Assembly (NCBI GenBank): GCA_017935065.1
Contig: JAGBIF010000010.1
Location: 8,082-72,081 of the forward strand
Length of the DNA: 64,000 nucleotides
From: Clostridia bacterium
GTDB lineage: Bacteria > Bacillota > Clostridia > Oscillospirales > CAG-272
Direction of reading: 5' to 3'
Numbering within the stretch: the first letter of the stretch is position 1; every line of letters begins with the position of its first letter. A model generated the notes under the pieces. The model was not told the DNA's origin, made no database searches, and saw only the letters and a list, made by a program, of their open reading frames with translations. The position numbers were made by a program, and so were the translations under genes. Below are positions 35,736 to 44,920 of this stretch, piece after piece.

Positions 35736-36539
35736 TTACTGAATTTTAAGAAGCCTCTTTGCGTTCTTTGAAAAAATCTTTTCCTCAACCTCGCGTGAAA
35801 GACCGTACGAGCGCAGAATTTCCACGTCACCCTTGATGCTTGACCAGGGCGAGTCGGATGCGAATAATATCTTATCCGCGGAGTGCTTTTCCACAAGCTT
35901 TGTAAACAATTCTTTGCTTGTGGCGCGTAAAACATAGGCTGTGTCGAGATATAAATCCTCGCCCGCTATAGTATCAAGCACTTCCTCTACCATCTCGTTT
36001 GCACCAAGATGCGCAAGCACGAGCTTAGGATGGCGCACGCGCTCAAGCAGGCGAAGAATACGCCTCGGCGTGCATTTTACCTCTTCGTCGGGAAAGCCCA
36101 CGTCAACACCCGAGTGGGTTACGGCGATAAGGTCGAGGCGCTCTGCCTCTTTTATGATTTCAATATATCCCTCGTCATCAATGAAGGTGCCCTGATAGTC
36201 GGGGTGAAGCTTTACACCGAGAAAGCCAAGCTCCTTGATAAGGCGCATCTTGCCCTTGATATCCTCACACGCGGGGTGTATTCCCGCAAAGGAAATAAGA
36301 CGGGATCTGTACCTCTCGTTTATCTCGCAGGCGAATTTCGTGATGCTGTCGAATTGATGGGGGGCTGTGACTACGGGAAGCGTCACCGCGATATCGACAC
36401 CCGCCTCGTTCATTCTTTCAAGAAGCCCTGAAACCTCGCCCGTCGAGTAGGCGGGAATACCGCCCTTCCCCGAGAGATGCTCTATCGTTCGCCTTGCGAT
36501 CTTGTCGGGGAAAATGTGAGTGTGAAAATCTATAATCAT
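35736..36539 (-). CDS. TIM-barrel metal-dependent amidohydrolase-family protein
   Basis: MIIDFHTHIFP N-terminus, with later HSG and D ligands. The family assignment is generic. Confidence 0.7.
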   Translation of the reverse strand: MIIDFHTHIFPDKIARRTIEHLSGKGGIPAYSTGEVSGLLERMNEAGVDIAVTLPVVTAPHQFDSITKFACEINERYRSRLISFAGIHPACEDIKGKMRLIKELGFLGVKLHPDYQGTFIDDEGYIEIIKEAERLDLIAVTHSGVDVGFPDEEVKCTPRRILRLLERVRHPKLVLAHLGANEMVEEVLDTIAGEDLYLDTAYVLRATSKELFTKLVEKHSADKILFASDSPWSSIKGDVEILRSYGLSREVEEKIFSKNAKRLLKIQ

Positions 36540-36555
36540 TTTTTAAGAGTACCCT

Positions 36556-36987
36556 TTACTTGATATGTATAAGGTCCTCACAGCCGACGGTAACAACACC
36601 GTTTTCATCAAGAATTTTGTCTACCTTCTCGGCATCCGACGCCTTAAGCACAACATAGGCGTTATCGTCCTCAATCGAAAGACCGTACATATACTCGATA
36701 TTCACACCGCTGTTGTCGATAACCTCAAGAAGCTCCTGAAGGCTGCCTACGCTGTGCGGGATCTTGATAATCGAGATATCCGAAAGCAGAGAGGAGAAGC
36801 CGCCCTCCGCAAGCCTTTCCTTACCTGCCTCGGGCTTGTCAACGATAAGGCGGAGAAGTCCGAACTCGGTAGTGTCGGCAAGGCTCAGGCTGAGTATGTT
36901 GACGTCGTTCTTCTTAAGGACGTTAAGCACCTCGCACAGTCTGCCCGTTCTGTTTTCGATAAAGATGGTTAACTGCTTTGCAAACAT
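36556..36987 (-). CDS. ACT-domain protein
   Basis: 143 aa with two ACT-like beta-alpha-beta-beta-alpha-beta units (LTIFIENRTGRLCEVLNVL...). This type commonly accompanies paaK/iorAB genes. Confidence 0.7.
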   Translation of the reverse strand: MFAKQLTIFIENRTGRLCEVLNVLKKNDVNILSLSLADTTEFGLLRLIVDKPEAGKERLAEGGFSSLLSDISIIKIPHSVGSLQELLEVIDNSGVNIEYMYGLSIEDDNAYVVLKASDAEKVDKILDENGVVTVGCEDLIHIK

Positions 36988-37006
36988 ATTATTTTCCTCC
37001 GTTTAA

Positions 37007-38305
37007 TCAGTAAAGCTTACGCTTGTCAATTACGTGAACTGCCTTGCCCTCGCTTCTTATAAGCGTCTTGGGCTCGACGAGCTTGATCTTTGCGTTAAGA
37101 CCGAGCGCCTGGTTGATAATGTGGCCTATCTTCTTGTTGAGTGCCTCGAGCGCCCTTACCTCGTCGGTGTAGAACTTGGGGTCAAGCTCAACCTGAATTT
37201 CAAGCGTGTCAAGGTTGTTTACGCGGTCTACTATCATCATATAGTGAGGTGTGACCTCCTTGCAGTCAACGAGCGCCGCCTCAACCTGCGAGGGGAATAC
37301 GTTTACGCCCCTGATGATAAGCATATCGTCAACTCTGCCCTTGAAGCGGGAAATTCTCGCGCTCGTTCTTCCGCACTCACAGGGGGTACGGTCAAGGCTG
37401 GTGAGGTCCTTGGTCCTGTAACGGATAAGAGGAATACCCTCCTTGGTGAGTGTCGTGAAGGCAAGCTCACCGAGCACTCCGTCGGCGACGGGGGTAAGGG
37501 TCTCTGAGTTAAGCACCTCGGGGTAGAAGTGGTCCTCGCATACGTGAAGTCCCCTGTGGAACTCACAGTCGCAGGCAACACCGGGGCCCATAACCTCGGA
37601 CAGACCGTATATATCGTACGCCTTGATGCCGAGCTTTTCCTCAATTTCGTTACGCATCTTCTCGGTCCAGGGCTCGGCACCGCAGATAGCCGCGCGAAGC
37701 TTTATCTTGTCAAGAAGCCCCTCGGCCTCAAGCACCTCGGAAATGTGAAGAAGATATGAGGGCGTGCAGGCAATTGCCGTAGCACCGAAGTCCACCATCA
37801 TAGTGGTGAGCTTCTTGGAGTTGCCCGTGCTCATAGGAACGACGGTAGCACCGATGTTCTGAGCTCCGTCATGTGCGCCGAGACCGCCCGTGAAAAGACC
37901 GTAGCCGTAGGCTACCTGGATAATATCGTCCTTGGTAATGCCCGCCATAGTCATACATCTTGCAACGCACTCCGCCCACACGTCAAGGTCGCGTCTGGTA
38001 TAGCCTACTACGGTAGCCTTGCCCGTAGTACCGCTTGATGCGTGAATTCTTACGATTTCGGTGTTGGGCACCGCAAAAAGTCCGAAGGGGTAGTTGTCGC
38101 GAAGGTCGTCCTTGGTGGTAAAGGGAAGCTTGGTTATATCCTCAATTCCCGAAATATCACCGGGAAGAAGCCCTACCGCCTGCATTTTCTTTCTGTAAAA
38201 CTCTACGTTGTGATAGACGTAATTGACGAGCTTAACGAGCCTTTTGCTCTGAAGATGAGACATTTCGTCTCTTGACATACATTCCTTGCTTTCGTTCCAG
38301 ATCAT
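37007..38305 (-). CDS. paaK: phenylacetate-CoA ligase-like adenylate-forming enzyme (paralog 1)
   Basis: MIWNESKECMSRDEM..., plus SSGTTGKATVVGYT (AMP-binding P-loop) and YGLSE. I chose the start at 38305, which has a GGGGGATA RBS and sits 16 nt after the iorB stop. Confidence 0.85.
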   Translation of the reverse strand: MIWNESKECMSRDEMSHLQSKRLVKLVNYVYHNVEFYRKKMQAVGLLPGDISGIEDITKLPFTTKDDLRDNYPFGLFAVPNTEIVRIHASSGTTGKATVVGYTRRDLDVWAECVARCMTMAGITKDDIIQVAYGYGLFTGGLGAHDGAQNIGATVVPMSTGNSKKLTTMMVDFGATAIACTPSYLLHISEVLEAEGLLDKIKLRAAICGAEPWTEKMRNEIEEKLGIKAYDIYGLSEVMGPGVACDCEFHRGLHVCEDHFYPEVLNSETLTPVADGVLGELAFTTLTKEGIPLIRYRTKDLTSLDRTPCECGRTSARISRFKGRVDDMLIIRGVNVFPSQVEAALVDCKEVTPHYMMIVDRVNNLDTLEIQVELDPKFYTDEVRALEALNKKIGHIINQALGLNAKIKLVEPKTLIRSEGKAVHVIDKRKLY

Positions 38306-38321
38306 TGCTATTATCCCCCGA

Positions 38322-38891
38322 TTATTTAAAGTTATACCCACGGCAGAATGCCGCCTTGTTTATATCCACGGTCTTGGGCGGTACGGTGGCAGCCACGGTA
38401 TCAAGCCATCTTTCCTCGGAAAAGCCGATATGAGAGGCGCCGAAGCCAAGCACCACCGAGTTCAGCACCTTGCTGTTGCCGAGCTCCTTTGCGATTTTAG
38501 CGCCGTCAATAGCGTATACTCTGTGCTTATCCGACAGCGACTCGAGAATTCCCTCGGGATACTCCGCCGCGCCGATGACCACCGTCATAGGCTCTATTTT
38601 GCAATCGTTTACGATAAGCACGCCGTCCTTTTTGAGGAAGTGGCTGTATCTTTTCGCCTCAAGGCGCTCAAACGCGATAATCACGTCGGCACAGCCTTCC
38701 TCAACCACGGGCTCAAAAACCTTATCGCCAAATCTTACGAAGGTGACGACCGAGCCACCTCTTTGCGCCATGCCGTGCACCTCGGATATCTTTACGTCAT
38801 ACCCCTCGGCAAGCGCCGCCTTACCTATAATGCGTGAGGTGAGCAGAGTGCCCTGACCGCCAACGCCGACAATCATAATATTTTTAGTCAT
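38322..38891 (-). CDS. iorB: indolepyruvate:ferredoxin oxidoreductase, beta subunit
   Basis: 189 aa. IMIVGVGGQGTLLTSRIIG N-terminus. It directly follows iorA. Confidence 0.9.
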   Translation of the reverse strand: MTKNIMIVGVGGQGTLLTSRIIGKAALAEGYDVKISEVHGMAQRGGSVVTFVRFGDKVFEPVVEEGCADVIIAFERLEAKRYSHFLKKDGVLIVNDCKIEPMTVVIGAAEYPEGILESLSDKHRVYAIDGAKIAKELGNSKVLNSVVLGFGASHIGFSEERWLDTVAATVPPKTVDINKAAFCRGYNFK

Positions 38892-40631
38892 TTATCTCAC
38901 CTCTTTTTTAATCGCGTCAAACTTACATCTCGTCATACAAAGCCCACAGCCGTTGCACATCGTCTCGTCTATTCTTACCGTACCGTCACTGTTCTTGCTC
39001 ATAGCGGGGCAGCCTATCTTAAGGCAGGCGCCGCACTTCTTGCACTTGTCGGCGTCGACTCGGCAGACCTCGGGGAATTTCTGTCCCTTAAGAAGCACGC
39101 AGGGTGACTTGGTTATAATAACGGTAAGCGTGTCGGAGGCTACGCTTTCCTTGATAACTCGCTCAAGCTCTGCCGTATCAAAGGCGTTTACCTCAATTAC
39201 CCTCGGCACGCCGATAGCCTCGCAGACGGTCTTGAAGTCAATAGCGTAGGTATCCTCGCCCTTAAGCGTCTTACCCGTAGCCGCGTGGTCCTGATGTCCC
39301 GTCATACCCGTAGTTCTGTTGTCGAGTATCATAACCGTTGCGGTGGACTTGTTATATACCATATTCACAAGCGAGTTGATGCCCGTATGCAGGAAGGTCG
39401 AGTCGCCTATTACCGCAACCCAATTCTTAACGTATTCCTTGCCGCGCGCCTTTTCCATACCGTGAAGGGCGGAAATCGAGGCACCCATACAGATGGTGGT
39501 GTCGATGACGCTGAGGGGAGCTACCGCACCGAGCGTGTAGCAGCCGATGTCGCCCGAGGCGTGTATCTTAAGCTTGTTAAGCACCGAAAAGACGCTTCTG
39601 TGAGGACATCCGGGGCAGAGGATAGGGGGACGCGCGGGGGCATCCTGCTTATCAAACACAGCCTCGTCCTTGCCGTATATTACCTTGCGAAGCATATTCG
39701 CGCTGTACTCGCCCTGTACCGTGAAGCATTCCTTGCCGTGTACCTTAAGACCGAGCGCGCGTACCTGCTCCTCGATAAGAGGCTCAAGCTCCTCGAATAT
39801 GTAAACCTCCTCGACCGAGCCTACGAAGTCCTTTATAAGCTCGGGGCACAGGGGATTGACAAGACCGAGCTTAAGCACGCTTGCCTCGGGGCAGGCTTCC
39901 TTTACATACTGATAGGCAACGCCCGAGGTGATGAAGCCAAGCTTGGAGGAGCCTCTCTCAATTCGGTTTACGAGAAGAGCTTTCGCATCGTAGGAGAGCC
40001 TTTTCTCTCTATCCTCAACGTAAAGATGTCTGCCTATTGCCGAGGCGGGCATCATAACGTACTTTTTCATATTTCTCTCGTAGGGCTTGTCGGCAACCTC
40101 AACCCTGTCGCAAAGCTCCACCGCGCTCTGTGAGTGAGCAAGCTTCGTAGTCGTTCTTAAAATTACGGGTGTATCGTATTTCTCGCTCAGCTCAAAGGCA
40201 TACTTGACGAATTCCTTTGCCTCACCGCTGTCCGAGGGCTCAAGCACGGGCACGTGCGCCGCGCGGGCTATCATTCTGGTGTCCTGCTCGTTCTGAGAGG
40301 ATGCAAGACCTGGGTCGTCGGCTACCACGAATACCGAGCCGCCACCTACACCCGTGTAGGAAAAGGTGTAAAGCGGGTCTGCCGCTACGTTCAGTCCTAC
40401 ATGCTTCATACAGCAAAGGCTTCTCACGCCCGCTATCGACGCGCCTATCGCGACCTCTGCCGCGACCTTTTCGTTGGGCGCCCACTCGGTGTAGACCTCG
40501 TCGTATTTTGAAAGATATTCCGAAATTTCCGTGCTCGGTGTACCTGGGTAGGCACTCGATACCTTCGCGCCCGCCTCGTATACGCCGCGGGCAATAGCCT
40601 CGTTGCCGAGCATAATTGTTTTCTCTGCCAT
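38892..40631 (-). CDS. iorA: indolepyruvate:ferredoxin oxidoreductase, alpha subunit
   Basis: It has a TPP-binding region (GDSTFLHTG) and two C-terminal 4Fe-4S motifs (CKKCGACLKIGCP and CNGCGLCMTRC). I set the start at ATG 40631 (MAEKTIMLGNEA, GGAAAGG RBS). Confidence 0.9.
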   Translation of the reverse strand: MAEKTIMLGNEAIARGVYEAGAKVSSAYPGTPSTEISEYLSKYDEVYTEWAPNEKVAAEVAIGASIAGVRSLCCMKHVGLNVAADPLYTFSYTGVGGGSVFVVADDPGLASSQNEQDTRMIARAAHVPVLEPSDSGEAKEFVKYAFELSEKYDTPVILRTTTKLAHSQSAVELCDRVEVADKPYERNMKKYVMMPASAIGRHLYVEDREKRLSYDAKALLVNRIERGSSKLGFITSGVAYQYVKEACPEASVLKLGLVNPLCPELIKDFVGSVEEVYIFEELEPLIEEQVRALGLKVHGKECFTVQGEYSANMLRKVIYGKDEAVFDKQDAPARPPILCPGCPHRSVFSVLNKLKIHASGDIGCYTLGAVAPLSVIDTTICMGASISALHGMEKARGKEYVKNWVAVIGDSTFLHTGINSLVNMVYNKSTATVMILDNRTTGMTGHQDHAATGKTLKGEDTYAIDFKTVCEAIGVPRVIEVNAFDTAELERVIKESVASDTLTVIITKSPCVLLKGQKFPEVCRVDADKCKKCGACLKIGCPAMSKNSDGTVRIDETMCNGCGLCMTRCKFDAIKKEVR

Positions 40632-40675
40632 TTTATTAACCTTTCCGCACACGGCCCCGTGTGCTGTCATCTTAA

Positions 40676-41977
40676 TCATTTTATGCCGCGCAGGTCGCGG
40701 ATTCTCTTTGCCTTGCCCTCGAAGCGCTCAAGGGTGTTCGGGGAAACGAGAGTTACCTTCGCGTCAAGACCGAGTACGGTTTTGAGCTTCTCTCTTACCC
40801 GCCTCGTTATATCCTCAAGCACCGAGAAGGAGTCGGTGCTGGTAAGAAGCTCAACTCTCACCGTAAGCTTATCGTTGTAGCCCTCGCGCTCAAGCAGGAT
40901 CTCGTAGTGAGGACCAAGCTCGGAAAATCCAAGAACGACCTCTTCAATCTGGCTTGGGAATACGTTTACACCGCGTATCTTCAGCATATCGTCGGACCTT
41001 CCCGAGAGATTTTCCATACGGCAGAAGGTTCTTCCGCAACGGCACTTTTCATAATTGAGCCTAGTTATATCCTTCGTTCTGTAACGGATAAGAGGAAGCC
41101 CCTCCTTCTTTATGCAGGTGATAACAAGCTCGCCTCGCTCACCCACAGGAAGCACCTCGCCCGTCTCGGGGTTGATGATCTCGGGGATAAAGAAGTCCTC
41201 GTTGATATGCATACCGTCCATATACTCGCACTCGCCCGAGACACCGGGACCCATAAGCTCGCTCATTCCGTAGTTTGAGGTTATAAGCATATCCTCGCCC
41301 CATACTCTGTGCATCTCGTCGCGCATAGCGTCGGTGAGCATCTCGCTTCCGACAAGAGCTATTTTGATATGTAGATCGCGCTTGGGGTCAACGCCCATCT
41401 CGCCCGCAACCTCGGCAAGCCTGAGTGCATACGAGGGTGTCGCAACCAAAAGCGAGGTCTCAAAGTCCTGCATATACATAATCTGCTTCTGTGAGTTGCC
41501 CGTAGAGGAGGGAATTATCGTCGCGCCGATATTCTCAAGCCCGTAGTGAAGCCCGAGCGCGCCCGTGAACATTCCGTAGCCGAAGCATATCTGCGCGTAG
41601 TCCTTCCTCGTAGCTCCGCCCATACATGCGATGCGCGAAACGCACTCCGTCCAGGTTTTGAGGTCCCCCTCGGTATAGCCGACGACGGTAGGCTTTCCCG
41701 TAGTACCGCTTGACGCGTGTACTCTGACCAGCTCCTCGCGCGGTACGGCAAAAAGACCGAAGGGATAATTGTCGCGCAGGTCCTGCTTGGTGACGAAGGG
41801 GAGCCTTGAGAGGTCGGAGAGCGATTTTATATCCTCGGGGCAAACGCCCGCCTCGTCCATCTTTTTTCTGTAGGGTGCTACCCTTTCGTAAACGCGCGCT
41901 ACCGTTTCCTTAAGGCGCTCAAGCTGAATAGCCTCAATTTCCTCGCGCGACAGAGTTTCTTCCTTTGACCAAATCAT
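40676..41977 (-). CDS. paaK: phenylacetate-CoA ligase-like adenylate-forming enzyme (paralog 2)
   Basis: 433 aa. MIWSKEETLSREEIE..., plus SSGTTGKPTVVGYT and YGMSE. It is colinear with paralog 1. Confidence 0.85.
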   Translation of the reverse strand: MIWSKEETLSREEIEAIQLERLKETVARVYERVAPYRKKMDEAGVCPEDIKSLSDLSRLPFVTKQDLRDNYPFGLFAVPREELVRVHASSGTTGKPTVVGYTEGDLKTWTECVSRIACMGGATRKDYAQICFGYGMFTGALGLHYGLENIGATIIPSSTGNSQKQIMYMQDFETSLLVATPSYALRLAEVAGEMGVDPKRDLHIKIALVGSEMLTDAMRDEMHRVWGEDMLITSNYGMSELMGPGVSGECEYMDGMHINEDFFIPEIINPETGEVLPVGERGELVITCIKKEGLPLIRYRTKDITRLNYEKCRCGRTFCRMENLSGRSDDMLKIRGVNVFPSQIEEVVLGFSELGPHYEILLEREGYNDKLTVRVELLTSTDSFSVLEDITRRVREKLKTVLGLDAKVTLVSPNTLERFEGKAKRIRDLRGIK

Positions 41978-42011
41978 TTCAGTATCTCTTTCTTACAGTA
42001 AATATTTCGTG

Positions 42012-43547
42012 TTAAGCTATCTCGTCCTCGAGTGGCGAGTTAAATGCGTTTTCAATGACACTCTCCGAGGGCGCCCTTGTAAAGAGGCTCACAAGCGCCG
42101 TCAGCAGGAGCGAGGATATCATACAAATGACACCGATAAGGGGGGATGACTGCATACCGTACTTCAGCGCCGAGCCGAAGCTTAAGTCGGTATTCTGGGG
42201 ATTGATATATCCGAGCGTTATAACGAGAGTGACGGTTATGACGAGCGAGGATATAATCGAGGTATACACCGCCGCCTTCGTGACACGCTTCCAAAGAAGT
42301 CCAAGAACATAAGGCCCGATAAAGCAACCCGCGAGAGTACCCCAGCTCACACCCATCATATACGCGATAGCCGCGATACCAAGCTTCTCGTTGAGAATAG
42401 CGAGCACCACCGATATAAGCACAAAGACGAGAGTGAGGGCTCGCATAACGAGATTTACCTGCTTATCCGTAGCATCCTTTTTGATAGAGCCCTTATAAAG
42501 GTCCACCGCGATGACCGATGCCGAGGCAAGCGATACCGACGAGAGCGTAGACATTGACGCTGAGAGGATAAGCACCGCGATAACACCCGTAAGCCCCGCG
42601 GGGATAGCGAGATTGAACATAGTAGGTATGACCGCGCCGTCGGGAATACCCTGTGTCTCGGGGAAGAAGAAGGAAAGCGCGCCCGTGAAGTAGGCGACAA
42701 AGCCGATTATAAGCGCAAACGCGGTGCTTACGACAACACCCTGCGTTATCGCCTTCTTATCGCGTATCGCGTAGTATTTATGTATCGTCTGGGGAAGCGC
42801 CCATACACCGAGCGAGGTAAGAAGAATGAGTGAAATAAGCGATACCGTGCTTCCGAAAATACCCTCACTGCCCGCCTTGCCAAAGGTAAACCAGCTGTCC
42901 GCGATAGCCGAGATATCCCAATTCACGCGCTCGTTTGACATAAAGAAGATAACCATAAGGATAACGCCTATTATCATAATTATGCCCTGAATGAAATCCG
43001 AGAGGGCGGTGGCGAAGTATCCGCCGAAGAAAAGGTATACGGCGGTAAGTAGCGCAAGCGCTATCATAACAGCCCATCCAGGAATACCGAATACTATCTC
43101 AAAAAGGCTGGAAAGGCCGTTGTAGACCGATGCCGAGTAGGGAATAAGGAATATGAAGATGATAATTGACGATACTATCTTCAGACCGTGACTGCCGTAT
43201 CTCTTTTCAAAGAAGTCGGGCATCGTCTTAGCACCGAGGCGCCTCGTCATATTCTTCGTGCGCTTCGCAAGCACCAGCCAGGCGATAAGCGTGCCTATCA
43301 GCGCGTTTCCTATTCCTATCCACACCGAGGCAAGACCGTAGGCTCTGCCAAACTGTCCCGCATAGCCTATGAAGATTACCGCCGAGAAATATGTAGTGCC
43401 GTAGGCGAAGGCGGTGAGCCAGCCGTTAAGACCGCGCTTTCCCGCGAGAAGAAAATCGTCGACCGAGCCCGAGCGGTTTTTGGTATAGACCGCAACACCG
43501 ACCATAGACAGCGCGTATAAAATAAGAACGGTAATATCAATCGCCAT
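42012..43547 (-). CDS. sodium:solute symporter (SSF) family transporter
   Basis: 511 aa with about 13 transmembrane segments. It has the SSF-type N-terminal region FLLAGKRGLNGWLTAFAYGTTYFSAV. Confidence 0.85.
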   Translation of the reverse strand: MAIDITVLILYALSMVGVAVYTKNRSGSVDDFLLAGKRGLNGWLTAFAYGTTYFSAVIFIGYAGQFGRAYGLASVWIGIGNALIGTLIAWLVLAKRTKNMTRRLGAKTMPDFFEKRYGSHGLKIVSSIIIFIFLIPYSASVYNGLSSLFEIVFGIPGWAVMIALALLTAVYLFFGGYFATALSDFIQGIIMIIGVILMVIFFMSNERVNWDISAIADSWFTFGKAGSEGIFGSTVSLISLILLTSLGVWALPQTIHKYYAIRDKKAITQGVVVSTAFALIIGFVAYFTGALSFFFPETQGIPDGAVIPTMFNLAIPAGLTGVIAVLILSASMSTLSSVSLASASVIAVDLYKGSIKKDATDKQVNLVMRALTLVFVLISVVLAILNEKLGIAAIAYMMGVSWGTLAGCFIGPYVLGLLWKRVTKAAVYTSIISSLVITVTLVITLGYINPQNTDLSFGSALKYGMQSSPLIGVICMISSLLLTALVSLFTRAPSESVIENAFNSPLEDEIA

Positions 43548-43588
43548 AATAAGTCCTTTGCCTTTATGAAAATATAAAATACAGAGAA

Positions 43589-43628
43589 ATTATATCACAC
43601 GTACACGCGAAAGTCAATTCCTTTCGCG
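43589..43628 (-). promoter_or_regulatory. promoter TTGACT-17-TATAAT of the SSF-paaK-iorAB operon, with the inverted repeat CGCGAAAG-N7-CTTTCGCG around the -35
   Basis: The minus strand reads cgcgaaaggaattgactttcgcgtgtacgtgtgatataat. Confidence 0.65.
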
Positions 43629-43640
43629 CAAGTTTTGACA

Positions 43641-43698
43641 AAATAAACGCATATCCGTCAGTCGGGCGGTAGCCTTCGCTACGAATATGCGTTTATTT
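43641..43698 (-). terminator. long hairpin after the SGNH hydrolase gene
   Basis: aaataaacgcatatccg / cgaatatgcgtttattt forms 17 bp with 1 mismatch, around a 24-nt loop. Confidence 0.5.
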
Positions 43699-43705
43699 AT
43701 TCACA

Positions 43706-44782
43706 TTAAAGCTCTTTATCAAATAGCGCGTGGGTGAGCGCATCGCACACGGCATCCGCCATAAGCGCAAAGCCCATATCGTTAGGATGCGTTCCGTCAA
43801 CCGTGCATATCTCGCGGTAAGGCCCGCGGAAGAGCGCTTCACCGTCTACGAAATAAAGGTTTTTGTCGCCCGCCGCTATTCCCTCGCTGTAAATATTGAA
43901 TAATACCCCGCGTCGCTCTATGCTCTGTGGCTCGTCAAGCTTCCTGAAGTCGGGCTTCGTCATCATAATGTAGGGCATATCGGGATGCGCCGCCCTTACC
44001 GTTCTGTACATATCCCTTGCGGTTTTGTCAAGATGCTCGGCGCTCGGCGCGTTGTGGTCGTAATCCGAGACGAACGCGCACATATCAAGAGATGCCATAT
44101 AGTCGACAATAGCCCTCTCGCCACGCCCGTTTCCCGAAAAGCCGAGGTTTATAAAGTCAAGCCCGAGCCGTCTTGCGACTATACCCTGATAGGAATTACC
44201 TGGACGGCTTGCGCACCCGCCCTGGGTTATAGAGCTTCCGTAGTAGACCACGGGGTGCGCGTTTTTGTATTCTCTGCCAGGGCCAAGCTCAGAGCCCTCT
44301 GCAACGCCTATAAGAAGCCTCTTTACCCCGCAGTAAAGCGGGAAGCTTACCGTGTAATCTCTCATCCTGCCGCCTCTTACCGCAAGCTTTGACCTGTATA
44401 CACCGTTCGGGCGGTAGGGAGGCAAAAAGGAGCCGCGGTATTCCGAGGACAGCTCGCCGTCCTCATAAAGGTCAAAGCCCGCGCTTCCCGAAAGAGGCAT
44501 ATGCACCATCTCTTTCGCGCCCGAAAGCTCTGCCTCTATAACGATGTAGGGCGAGCTTGTCGAAAAGCGCACTCTGCCCCCCGCCGTGTCAAGATACAGG
44601 CCCTTTACGCCTTGGCTTACATTTGCCGCGACCTCGTCGGGAAGCCTCTTGAAGCGGTCCTGATTTTTATAATCGTAAAGCCCGTACACTCTGAACGGCT
44701 CGTTTCTTACGTCGTAAAATACGGCACCGCCCTCGTCCTTATACTCTACCGAAAAGTTTTTGTCTATCTTTGAAATATCCAT
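43706..44782 (-). CDS. SGNH/GDSL-type hydrolase with an N-terminal beta-sandwich (CE2-like esterase)
   Basis: Block I YYGSSITQG, block III GFSGNGRGE and block V DGTHPND. Confidence 0.8.
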   Translation of the reverse strand: MDISKIDKNFSVEYKDEGGAVFYDVRNEPFRVYGLYDYKNQDRFKRLPDEVAANVSQGVKGLYLDTAGGRVRFSTSSPYIVIEAELSGAKEMVHMPLSGSAGFDLYEDGELSSEYRGSFLPPYRPNGVYRSKLAVRGGRMRDYTVSFPLYCGVKRLLIGVAEGSELGPGREYKNAHPVVYYGSSITQGGCASRPGNSYQGIVARRLGLDFINLGFSGNGRGERAIVDYMASLDMCAFVSDYDHNAPSAEHLDKTARDMYRTVRAAHPDMPYIMMTKPDFRKLDEPQSIERRGVLFNIYSEGIAAGDKNLYFVDGEALFRGPYREICTVDGTHPNDMGFALMADAVCDALTHALFDKEL

Positions 44783-44868
44783 AGGAAAGCACCTCGCATC
44801 ACTCTCTTGAATTTCAATTATAACATAAGAAATGTAAAATGTAAACCCGAAAAGCGCATAAAATTCGG

Positions 44869-44908
44869 GCGGAATATGACCGCTCCTAGCAAGAAAGTCA
44901 TATTCCGC
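44869..44908 (-). terminator. terminator of the SNF2 - MoxR - vWA operon
   Basis: A perfect 12-bp stem pairs gcggaatatgac with gtcatattccgc. A second small hairpin (cccgaa/ttcggg, 44846-44869) and T-rich sequence follow on the minus strand. Confidence 0.65.
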
Positions 44909-44920
44909 ACACAGAGGCGT

